A DNA stretch of 64,000 nucleotides, from contig CBDBCY010000004.1 of assembly GCA_965203555.1 (NCBI GenBank), positions 224,001 through 288,000 of the forward strand. The letters are read 5' to 3'. Positions 10,148 to 18,945 of the stretch are shown piece by piece. Both the position numbers and the translations under genes were made by a program. Source of the stretch: Acidimicrobiia bacterium. GTDB taxonomy: Bacteria; Actinomycetota; Acidimicrobiia; Spongiisociales; ZC4RG35. A model generated the notes under the pieces. The model worked only from the letters and a program-made list of their open reading frames with translations. It searched no databases and was not told the origin of the DNA. Each line of letters starts with the position of its first letter. Position 1 is the first letter of the stretch.

Positions 10148-10459
10148 CTATGGGCACTTGGAGGGTGTCTCCTCCAAGAGGGGGATGGAATCAGGAAGAA
10201 GGCTCTGATCCCAATAGGGCAGTCGTGCTTTCAGAAACAGGCGATAGGGTTCAAGGGAATGTTCCCGCCTGTGGTGGGGGATTCCGCATTTGTCCACTAT
10301 CTCGTCGGGCGTGGCCACGAGCAAATCAATTCGGACAAGATTTCCTGTGATCCTGTGCGGTATCGTTACCTCGCCGCTGGGTGGGTTTTTCGCCACCACG
10401 TTTTCGTAGTGGTCCCAATCGGCAGGATGATGCTGATCGAGGAACTCCTGCTCCTCCAT
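10148..10459 (-). CDS. Hypothetical acidic protein, candidate antitoxin partner
   Basis: GGAGG RBS before MEEQEFL; similar to the ORF at 11437-11775. Confidence 0.45.
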   Translation of the reverse strand: MEEQEFLDQHHPADWDHYENVVAKNPPSGEVTIPHRITGNLVRIDLLVATPDEIVDKCGIPHHRREHSLEPYRLFLKARLPYWDQSLLPDSIPLLEETPSKCP

Positions 10460-10954
10460 GAGAGCTTCCTCCAGTCCTGCCTGAGGGTGAGTGGTCGCTA
10501 CCTTGCCGTCCCGCCTCAAAACCATGTGGCGCATGCTAATGGGGTGCGGGGCCGCTTGGCAGGCGTATCGCCGACGCCGCTTCCCACGAGAGCCGCAGCG
10601 TCGGCGACGGCGCGTTCGCTGATGCGACTCGCGACCGGATCAAGCGGGGGGCCAACAGCGAACACGTCTGGTCCACTGAGGACTGGCCGAGCGGCTCAAG
10701 CCCGTCGACGACGACACCCGGTCGGCGGAGGCGACCTTCAAGCTGGCGTTGCACTTCGAGGCGGTACTTCGCCGCGGCACAGCACCTGGCGCCTGACAAC
10801 TGGAACTACCTGCGCCAGGGCTGGTCTCATCGGGGGCCGCTTCATGCCGGCCTGAATCCTGAGGCGGACCAACTACCAGCAAGCACACCGACAAAAGTTT
10901 CTAGGTCCCCACCGGTTTGCCCGGCGAGAACCACCGCCGGTTCATCGCTCCGGA

Positions 10955-11155
10955 GTGACTGTGGATCCCTGCCGTCCGGCGGGTCAAGCAACTGCTCCGC
11001 CGCTCGGGAGGCATGACACGACCAGGTTCGTGGAGATTGACGACCATCTCTACCTTGTACTGTTCGTGGCAGAACCCGGCGGCACCCGATTGCTCAAAAC
11101 TATTATTCCCAGCCGCAAGGCGATGAGACACTACCAGAGGGGACGGTCACAATGA
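10955..11155 (+). pseudogene. BrnT-like toxin, C-terminal fragment
   Basis: FVEIDDHLYLVLFV...LLKTIIPSRKAMRHY; stop overlaps the next start (ATGA); the expected N-terminus is not recognisable. Confidence 0.6.
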
Positions 11156-11343
11156 ACTACAAACTGAGTGCCGAGGAGCGGGAGATTCTCGAACGCTTTG
11201 AGCATGGCGAGTTGCGCTCGGCCGCCGCCCCACATGAAATGGAGATGGCACACGAGGCGGCGCGTAATGCCCTCAACGAAATCGACAAGCAGCACATAGC
11301 TTTTCGGTATGACTCCTCACCGAGCGGTGCCGGCTCGGCGTAG
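11152..11343 (+). pseudogene. Cognate antitoxin (CopG/BrnA-like), apparently 3'-truncated
   Basis: MNYKLSAEEREILERFEHGELRS...AHEAARNAL is typical of the antitoxin after KTIIPSRK-type toxins; no C-terminal DNA-binding domain follows. Confidence 0.6.
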
Positions 11344-11436
11344 AACACGGGGCGACAGCACCCTGGGCTGTTGGAAAGCGCTTCAGGGGTGGTGCCATTC
11401 TGGAGCGTATGAGGGATCCGGTCAATTAGGATTTGC

Positions 11437-11775
11437 TTGGTGAGGGAGCCGGCACTAGCAGCATTTTCTGAATTGAGTGCTGACGAGCAGGCGTGTTTGG
11501 AGGAAGACGCGAAACTTGACAGGGAGGCTGCCCGCTACATCACCGAGAACGGACCGTTCGCTCCAGGGGACACCACGTTCGCGATTGGTCATTACTCGGA
11601 AGATAGGTTGGTGTGGTTCGACATTCTCTCTGTCACTTTGGACGACATCATGAGGGAATGTGCCTTTCCTGAGGATCAGAGGCCAAAACGAAGACTGCTT
11701 GGCAGCAGTTTCGTGAAACACTTCCTTCGTTTCCACAATGCGCCAGGAGGGACCCTTCCTCTGTTGCAGGAGTAG
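11437..11775 (+). CDS. Hypothetical acidic protein, paralogue of 10148-10459
   Basis: DILSVTLDDIMRECAFP...GTLPLLQE aligns by eye with DLLVATPDEIVDKCGIP...DSIPLLEE. Confidence 0.45.
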   Translation: MVREPALAAFSELSADEQACLEEDAKLDREAARYITENGPFAPGDTTFAIGHYSEDRLVWFDILSVTLDDIMRECAFPEDQRPKRRLLGSSFVKHFLRFHNAPGGTLPLLQE

Positions 11776-11900
11776 AGGGAGAGGCCAATATGCCTCCCTT
11801 CCTGTATTGGCCAGGCCGTCCTTGGCGCGTCGTCTATGCAGATTCCGCCTTCGAACGCGGCGTGTCTCAAGAACCTTGGAAGCGGACGGAAATCCTTGTG

Positions 11901-12857
11901 TTATTCGACTATTTCCCGGGCCTGTCCGGCCGACACGCCGTAAAGCGATCCTTCGTCAGCCTGGTGGATGGCTCCAGGGTAGATGTCGGCCATGGCGGCC
12001 AGTTCATGCTCCTCGATTCCCGCTCCGATGTTCGGACCCCTGTGGGTGAGTATCAGGGATCCGGCCTCTGCTTGGGCGGACATTCTCGCCGCGCCCAGGG
12101 TGCCGGTCTGTCCGGGCGACTCACCGCTCTCAACCATTGAACGCTCCTCGTCCCAGCACATCGACACCAGTACGTCGGTCCCTCGGGCCAGTTCGACCAC
12201 CTCGTCACAGGGTTCGGTGTCGCCGGTGTACACCACCGAACTGGAGCCCACCTCGATCCGATAGGCGTTGGAGTCGAGAAAGGGTTGCACATGGCGGGCC
12301 AACCCGGTAGTGAATTGGATGTCACCGATCATGAATCCGTATCCGGGATGGATGTCCCGGACCTGGGGATCCGGCGGGAGACGGGGGAGATCGCCTCCCC
12401 GGTTGAGGTACACGGCCTGGCTGACCGGCGCCCGCATTCGGGCATGCAGATCGGGCCAGAAGGCGCCGGCTTCGGCGGCGAACAGTCTGTCGACGAAGCC
12501 CACGGTCGGGGGCGGGCCGTACACCAGTAGGTCGTCAATGAGACCGGCGCCCTGGTCCCAGCGGCTCAGGAAGAAGGCGGGAAACCCTGCATTGTGGTCG
12601 AAGTGGTGATGGGAGAAGACAACCGCATCCACTTCGGTCGGCCCGACCCCCGCCTTGACCAGAGACCGGGCAGCACCGGGACCGGCGTCCACCAGCACCG
12701 TGGTGGTGACGCTTCTTATCAGGATGGCGGTTCCCCACTTGCCAGGAGTGGGGGTCGGCGTCCCGGCCAGCAACACTGTGACCGTAATCTCGGATGCCAC
12801 CTCCTCCAACCGTGCCGTGCCGTCGCCCTGCGTAGCCGATTGTTGTGCGTCAGACAT
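11901..12857 (-). CDS. MBL-fold metallo-hydrolase (RNase Z / arylsulfatase-like)
   Basis: LAGTPTP, LVDAGPG, SHHHFDH metal motif, YTGDT and LILTH. Confidence 0.88.
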   Translation of the reverse strand: MSDAQQSATQGDGTARLEEVASEITVTVLLAGTPTPTPGKWGTAILIRSVTTTVLVDAGPGAARSLVKAGVGPTEVDAVVFSHHHFDHNAGFPAFFLSRWDQGAGLIDDLLVYGPPPTVGFVDRLFAAEAGAFWPDLHARMRAPVSQAVYLNRGGDLPRLPPDPQVRDIHPGYGFMIGDIQFTTGLARHVQPFLDSNAYRIEVGSSSVVYTGDTEPCDEVVELARGTDVLVSMCWDEERSMVESGESPGQTGTLGAARMSAQAEAGSLILTHRGPNIGAGIEEHELAAMADIYPGAIHQADEGSLYGVSAGQAREIVE

Positions 12858-13026
12858 TTCCCCAACGCTACTTAACAACCCTCACTTAACAACCCTCCCC
12901 ATCAGATGTCCACAGATTCCGGGGGGAAGAGCCCTATCTCGCAACTCCGAAGGGCTTCCGGCACCCGTTCCCAGCAACAGGAGCGGCGGTGTTCGATGAC
13001 TGCACCTCGGGTATGTGGGTGACCGT

Positions 13027-14181
13027 TCAGGCCGCGTCATATATGAAGTACTCTGCGGGCAGTTCTATGATTGTTTGCCGCTCTCCCGATTGCGTGTCGA
13101 TGGACATGATGACCTCGTCTTGGCCCATCACCCCGGTGGCAACTATTAGGAGGTTGTCCACCATGCCTAGCGGTGTTACGGATTCGCCTTCCTCGTTGTC
13201 GTGCAGCCATCGCAGGGTGTGGTTTGAAAGGTCGGCCATATAGACCGCTTTCCCGATTGTGTACGGAGGGTTCGCCGGATCGGGTGCGTTGTAGACGAGC
13301 AACAGTTGATCCGTATAACGTCCCGGGGCGTTCCCTATCGCCACCGGGATGGGGGGCAGAACACTCAGTGTCCAGCGGCCCGACTCGAACGCAGTAAACC
13401 GGTCGGTTTGCCCGGTGGTCACGTCATAGAGGACCAGATGTCTACCGTCATCACTGAGGCAAGCAATGTTGTGTTCGTGCACAGACACCAAATGTAGGTT
13501 TCCGTTGTCTATGTCGTCTGGGCACGTCGCTACTTCATTGATGGCGATGGCGCCGGTGCTTGTCAGCACCAGATCATCCCGGCCGTCATCGTCAATCACA
13601 ATAAGGTCGTTGTCCAACGACCTGCGCGCGTAATAGGAGCCATTCAGGTCGAAACTGGCCACTACGGTCCCTTCTTTGGTGATCAGGTCTACTAGCGTGG
13701 CGACACCGGTCCGCTTCAACACCCATATGTTCCCTCCGGACTGATCCTCCAGGGCATCGACACCATTACCCACAATGTCACCTCGATCAGTGTCGGCTCC
13801 GACGGAGCGGCGCAGGCGAATGGTCGAAGGTGCGGCGGAAAAGTCCCCTCCAGGCACCACGTACAGGACTTGCTCACCGGACGGATGAACCAACACATCG
13901 CCCGACCTGGTGAACGCTGCCACATCAACCGAACTGACCGGCAGGCCACGATGCTCCAGCCGGGACAGTCTCATCACACCCTCTGCCAAGTCAACCACCG
14001 CAACTCCACCCTGATGATTCAGAGCCAGCACCCGGAAATCCACCGGATCACCTTCCCACTCAAGGTCCACGACACGGGAATGAAAGAACCCGATCTGCCA
14101 CCCAATCAACAACCCAACCGCGACGATAGGCAGCAGAATCCACCAGCGCCGGCGCCACGCTCTCGCTTTATTTTGCGTCAT
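13027..14181 (-). CDS. Membrane-anchored exported hypothetical protein, YFIYDA family copy 1
   Basis: N-terminal WRRRWW plus a hydrophobic helix; beta-strand-rich body; C-terminus ELPAEYFIYDAA; ATG overlaps the upstream paralogue's last codons. Confidence 0.75.
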   Translation of the reverse strand: MTQNKARAWRRRWWILLPIVAVGLLIGWQIGFFHSRVVDLEWEGDPVDFRVLALNHQGGVAVVDLAEGVMRLSRLEHRGLPVSSVDVAAFTRSGDVLVHPSGEQVLYVVPGGDFSAAPSTIRLRRSVGADTDRGDIVGNGVDALEDQSGGNIWVLKRTGVATLVDLITKEGTVVASFDLNGSYYARRSLDNDLIVIDDDGRDDLVLTSTGAIAINEVATCPDDIDNGNLHLVSVHEHNIACLSDDGRHLVLYDVTTGQTDRFTAFESGRWTLSVLPPIPVAIGNAPGRYTDQLLLVYNAPDPANPPYTIGKAVYMADLSNHTLRWLHDNEEGESVTPLGMVDNLLIVATGVMGQDEVIMSIDTQSGERQTIIELPAEYFIYDAA

Positions 14182-15553
14182 AGATGAAGTAGCCCTCGGG
14201 CAGATCGACAACGGTCTGCCATTCTCCGCTTTCGATGTCTATCACGACTATCGTTGACCGACCCTCGTTTCCTGCCTTAGCTATCAGCAGACCCTCTACG
14301 ATGCCCAAAGGTGCAAGGTAACCAGGCCGTTGGTGCTCGTAAACCAGCCGCACGGTGTGTTCTGACAGATCGGCTACATACACCGCTTTGGTGAATACAT
14401 ATGGCGCGGTCGACGCGTCGGGCACCTGCAACTTGAGCAGCAAATGATCATTGTGAACTCCGGTAGTGTTCAACGCGGGTATCTCAGGCAAATAAGTCGA
14501 TACCCACTTTCCCGACTCGAAAGCTGATATCGCGTCTAGCTGGCCCGTCATTACGTCATAGAACACCAGATGTCGACCGTCGGTGCAGGCGGTTTTTGTG
14601 CCATACACCGCCCTAAGGTTCAGACGGCCGTACTCGGTGGAATGGTCCCTGCAAGAGAATACCTCTGCAATTGCCCCTTTCGGGCTAACACTCAGCATAG
14701 ACCGCTCACCTTCGATGGTGGCCACCACCACGAGGTGGTCCTCTAACAATCCCCCCTCCATGTAATAGGAGCCTTCCAGCGTCACCGTCTCCATGACGGT
14801 GACATTGTCAGCGGTGACCAGGTCAACCAGGGTTGTTTCCCTCCAGGTCCTTTGCAAGAACCAAACCTTTTCTCCCGACTGATCTCCCAGGACCTGAGTA
14901 GAGCCGTATACATAACGCACTTCGTTCTCTCTTGATGGGCGGAGCACAGTTGGCGACGCAGAGAAATCCCCATCAGGCACAACGTACACCTGCGGTTCCC
15001 CGGAGGGGCTTAGGAGAACATCGCCTCGTCTGGTAAAGGCCGCCACGTCCAAAGCACCGACCGGAACGTAGCTATCCCCCAGCGGTTGCACGATGCGATG
15101 ATGCCCTCGCGGGTACACTCTCATCACTCTGTCGGCCAGATCCACAACAGCGTATCCCCTTTCCGGATGGTTCACTGCTAGGACTCGGAAAGCAATCGGC
15201 GCGCCGTCCCAATCGAGTGATGTTTCGACTGGAGGGAGTATTGGATCGACGGGGTCTTCTGGGGCTGTGGGCCGATCCGGGGCATCAACCCGAGTCTTTT
15301 GGGTTGCGGCCTGGTCCCTCGTTCCCTTCGTTGTGGTGGTTCCAGGTACCTGATCCTGATTAGTAGACCGATCGGTAGTAGAGGTTGCTGCGGCGGTCGT
15401 GGTTGATCTCGAACCGACCTGGGGGACTGTTGCAGTAGCTCCGGTGGTCTCCGGAGTTGCCGACCGGTCGGAGCCAGAAACAACCAACAGTCCAACCATC
15501 CATGCCGCGGCCGCCACCGCTATGGTGACCACGAGCAGCCAACGCCGTGGCAT
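14168..15553 (-). CDS. Membrane-anchored exported hypothetical protein with Thr-rich linker, YFIYDA family copy 2
   Basis: Signal-anchor, Thr/Pro-rich stalk and shared motifs FRVLAVNH, VVDLADRVMR, AFESGKW and DLPEGYFIYDAK. Confidence 0.75.
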   Translation of the reverse strand: MPRRWLLVVTIAVAAAAWMVGLLVVSGSDRSATPETTGATATVPQVGSRSTTTAAATSTTDRSTNQDQVPGTTTTKGTRDQAATQKTRVDAPDRPTAPEDPVDPILPPVETSLDWDGAPIAFRVLAVNHPERGYAVVDLADRVMRVYPRGHHRIVQPLGDSYVPVGALDVAAFTRRGDVLLSPSGEPQVYVVPDGDFSASPTVLRPSRENEVRYVYGSTQVLGDQSGEKVWFLQRTWRETTLVDLVTADNVTVMETVTLEGSYYMEGGLLEDHLVVVATIEGERSMLSVSPKGAIAEVFSCRDHSTEYGRLNLRAVYGTKTACTDGRHLVFYDVMTGQLDAISAFESGKWVSTYLPEIPALNTTGVHNDHLLLKLQVPDASTAPYVFTKAVYVADLSEHTVRLVYEHQRPGYLAPLGIVEGLLIAKAGNEGRSTIVVIDIESGEWQTVVDLPEGYFIYDAK

Positions 15554-15618
15554 CCTATCTCCTCACAATTCCAGGATCCATGCGAAGGGGCACGACGAAG
15601 CGCCACAGGACCGTTTGC

Positions 15619-15815
15619 TTATTTCGCGTCATAGATGAAGTAGCCCTCGGGTAGATCGACAACGGTCTGCCATTCTCCGGATGCGATGTCTATCACTACT
15701 ATCGACTTCTCGCCCTCGACTCTCCCGCTGGCTATCAGCAGGCCGTCCACCATGCCCAACGGCGTAATGAATCGGGCCCGTTGGTGATCGTTCTCGTAAA
15801 CCGGTCGCACCGTAC
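15619..15815 (-). pseudogene. 3' remnant of a third YFIYDA-family gene
   Basis: TVRPVYE...TPLGMVDGLLIA...IVVIDIASGEWQTVVDLPEGYFIYDAK; the DNA is very similar to 14168-14355. Confidence 0.8.
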
Positions 15816-16099
15816 TCAACCGCAACTCCCCACAATCCCTCGGGGCTGGTATCCGTCGCCTCGGTCCCAGCTTTCCTGGGGCCCCAGCCTTCATCGAAGT
15901 CACATATATTACTCAGCCGCCGCACGATTTCTACACTAAGGAAAGTTCACTCCGAGCTCCGTCGCAGAGTTCTGGACCCCACCAGAGGGGGTAGTCATCA
16001 TGGACCACGACATGAGAGCCGAGGAGCGGAACACTCTCGAACGCGTTGAGAAGTGACGAGTCGCGCTCGGCTTCCGCCGCCAGAGTGCCGCTTCACCTG

Positions 16100-16816
16100 T
16101 CAATCTCCACCGAACCGAGCTCTGTAGGTGGCGGCCATCCGATCGATAAACTCCTGCCATCGAAGGCCGCTGCCAGCGGCAGGAAGCTCTGCATCGATTT
16201 CTCCCGACTCTCGATCAAACACCACGACTGCGATGCCTTCAAGCAAGTGGGAAGCATCGCCCTCGGTTTGTCTTCCACCAGCACGCGTGAACCGCCCGAT
16301 GGCCCTTTCGATCAGGTGGGTTGTCGGCTTCCAGAGGTCATCATGCCCCGACCGCGCCCGCTCCGTCGTCGGTAACGTGAGGATCCCCCCGACAACTGCG
16401 AATGGGAACTTGAGATGAACGTTAACGGCGAAAATACGGATGTCTCCGAAGCGGTTCCAGACCGCACGTCCCACAGCCAAATGGACAGGCTTAATCTCTA
16501 CCGCCAACTTCAACCCGTCTGTCTCGGTGATCTCCGAGACATCGGCTTTCGCGCTGCGCAGACCCCCGCCGACTGTACGCTCGCCAGCAAAGGCCCCTTC
16601 TAAGCCGAGCCCGGTTGCCTTGAGGCTGGCGAGCGTCGCATTAGAGAGTCCCTTGGAGAGCCGGATCTGTGCCGACTTTCCCCTCTTAGAGTCGATCTGC
16701 GACGCTCCTGTGATGTACTGGGCGGCGGCAGCGCAGTAGTCCTCAATTGTCGGGACGGCCAACTCCCCAAAGCGGTCGACCAGAGAGAGATCGGTAGAGT
16801 CTGGCGGGCGAGCCAC
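16100..16816 (-). CDS. Putative type II restriction endonuclease, PD-(D/E)XK fold
   Basis: KADVSE...KLAVEIK catalytic-type motif; starts 2 bp after the methyltransferase stop. Confidence 0.7.
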   Translation of the reverse strand: MARPPDSTDLSLVDRFGELAVPTIEDYCAAAAQYITGASQIDSKRGKSAQIRLSKGLSNATLASLKATGLGLEGAFAGERTVGGGLRSAKADVSEITETDGLKLAVEIKPVHLAVGRAVWNRFGDIRIFAVNVHLKFPFAVVGGILTLPTTERARSGHDDLWKPTTHLIERAIGRFTRAGGRQTEGDASHLLEGIAVVVFDRESGEIDAELPAAGSGLRWQEFIDRMAATYRARFGGD

Positions 16817-16818
16817 AG

Positions 16819-17832
16819 CTAGGCCGTGCGATCCAAGGCCAGATAACCCTGCGGGCTGAGGGCGTCCCGCACTCTGTTGACGGAGTGCTCGAAGTAGACC
16901 GGATCGACTTCACAGCCGACACTGTTCCGACCCCAGGCCGCGGCGGCGGCGGCAGTCGTGCCGGTGCCGAGGAACGGGTCGTAGACCGTGTCTCCGACAA
17001 ACGAGAACATGCGGACCAGACGCTCGGCCAAACTGAGGGGGAAAGGCGCGGGGTGATCCCTTGTCGAGGCGCCGTTGATTCGCCAAATCTGCTGGAACCA
17101 CTCCGCATGGTCCTCGGCTGGAAGAAGTGACAAGAGCCTGGTGGCCAACTCGGGCTTGCGGTATCCGCCAGGCTTTCGCTGAAGCAGGATGTACTCGATG
17201 TCGTTCTTGACGACCCCGTTGGGCTCGTAGGGCTTTCCGTAAAATCCGCCACCGCCCATCTCGTATTTGGCATTGGCGATCTTGTGCCAGATGATCGGCG
17301 CGAGGTTGTCGAATCCGATCAGGCGGCACCGCTCTTGGATGCTGGCATGCAGCGGGAACACAAGATGCCGTCCGAACGTCCTGCGTGACACGTTGACGTC
17401 CCCCACCACGACCACCATCCGTCCACCGGGTACGAGAGCACGATAGACGCGGCGCCACACCTCGTCCAGTTCGTCCAAGAACTCTTCATAGTCTTCGATC
17501 CGGCCGAGTTGGCCGTCTTGATCGTTGTATTTCTTCAGGGTCCAGTAAGGAGGCGAGGTGACCACCAGTGCGACACTGTGCGACGCAAGCTCCAGGCGTC
17601 GGCTGTCACCAAGGTGGAACAGGTGGGTGCTCGGGAGGCTCTGGACAGCCCGGGTGATCGCCGCGCACGCCTCCGGTTCTTTCGCAATCGCTGGGACCGC
17701 CCGCTGGGGCTCAGCAGTTACACGGTCGAGAAGCGGCGGGGGCGCGGCAGCCACAACCGCTGACAGGTGGGTCGGCATTCCCAACCGGATCCGCTGCCCG
17801 GTCGGGCCCTCCGGTCGGCCGTTAACGCTCAT
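16819..17832 (-). CDS. Beta-class N4-cytosine/N6-adenine DNA methyltransferase
   Basis: Catalytic VTSPPY precedes HPAPFP and SAM-binding DPFLGTGTT. Confidence 0.93.
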   Translation of the reverse strand: MSVNGRPEGPTGQRIRLGMPTHLSAVVAAAPPPLLDRVTAEPQRAVPAIAKEPEACAAITRAVQSLPSTHLFHLGDSRRLELASHSVALVVTSPPYWTLKKYNDQDGQLGRIEDYEEFLDELDEVWRRVYRALVPGGRMVVVVGDVNVSRRTFGRHLVFPLHASIQERCRLIGFDNLAPIIWHKIANAKYEMGGGGFYGKPYEPNGVVKNDIEYILLQRKPGGYRKPELATRLLSLLPAEDHAEWFQQIWRINGASTRDHPAPFPLSLAERLVRMFSFVGDTVYDPFLGTGTTAAAAAAWGRNSVGCEVDPVYFEHSVNRVRDALSPQGYLALDRTA

Positions 17833-18679
17833 GAGAAACTCGACTGTGATTTCTTTCGCGTACCGCGGACGGTCGCGACAACTCGATGAGTCCGATCGGC
17901 CAAGATCTGCTCAAAATCCGGCAAACGACATGCATGTAATTATAGGACCTGGCCCGTGAATCTCGGCCACGGGAGGACTTCGGTAAGCCCGGAACATCCG
18001 TCCATCGAGGAGTCAGCGCCAACCAACTCCTCTTGGGGCCGGAGTCACAAGCCCGGACACCCCAGCCGATTGCGTTGGCCGTTGTCGGGCACCCATCAGA
18101 AACGCCTGCCCGTGTCCAAAGCCGGCGCCGAGGCGCCGGTGTGCGATTCTCAGGCGCAATGCATTCCATCGGCGGCCAGGAAGCAGGGCCAGACCTCCAG
18201 GGATCCCCGAAGGGAAATGGGGACGAGAGACTGCCGCGGCCTCGATGAGATCGCGTACCGCGTACCACCTCGCGACGGCCACCGCTTCGGCAGTCGGTCC
18301 GCTGGGCACAGACTCGGGGTTCGGCCCTCCGGTTGGCTTTACGGACGCAAACGCTCGACTCTGCCTTGGTGAACCGGTAGGGACATTCTGGCATCATCTT
18401 TCCTTTCGCTGAGACGCAGTCTTGCTGTGAGCTTCAATCACATGACTACACACATGGTTGTCCTGGGGGTGGGACAGTGCCCCAGGCACGGTTTAGCGAC
18501 CAGCACTACGAACACCAGTCACCGAGGGTTCAAATCGAGACTTTAAACCGCTCCTTGAGCATCTATTGCGTCGAGCGCGGTGGAGATTCCTCGCGCTCAT
18601 CGTGAAACAGCCATAGCGGAGCGGTGCCCAAGCCAGGTGAGGTGAGTCTGCGCCGGCTTCGCTACGCGAGTGTGAATAG

Positions 18680-18812
18680 CTGGACTACGCGGATGTTGGT
18701 GTCGGCACGTGAGGAGTGGACATTCTCTAACGCTAGGAACATGGTGAGTTGCGTTCGGCGGCCGCCGCCCCACTTGAAAGGAAGTGGCACATCACGCGGC
18801 GCGTAATACTTC
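18680..18812 (+). pseudogene. Decayed second copy of the antitoxin at 11152-11343
   Basis: One frame reads EHGELRSAAAP; DNA gagttgcgttcggcggccgccgccccacttgaaa...gcggcgcgtaat matches 11209-11268, with stops and indels. Confidence 0.7.
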
Positions 18813-18945
18813 TCCCTTTGGCGGAGCAGTAGCCTCACGATCTTGATGGTTTCGGATTCTTGTAGGAACACAGGTGTACCCCTCTGCTTGATGTCTCACT
18901 TACAATGTCGCCGCCACGACACTTCGGTTAACGTTTGGAACATGT

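Noticed and set aside
10536-10900. Possible gene fragment (GLAERLKPVDDDTRSAEATFKLALHFEAV on the + strand)
   Set aside because: Interrupted by stops and not assignable to a family by eye.
14168-15815. The near-duplicate 3' ends of the YFIYDA genes as a DGR template/variable repeat pair
   Set aside because: Mismatches are not adenine-restricted and include an indel, and there is no reverse transcriptase in the window. It fits a truncated paralogue.
17850-18600. ORFs or a control (C) protein upstream of the methyltransferase
   Set aside because: No HTH or other motif; the ORFs look like GC-rich shadow frames.
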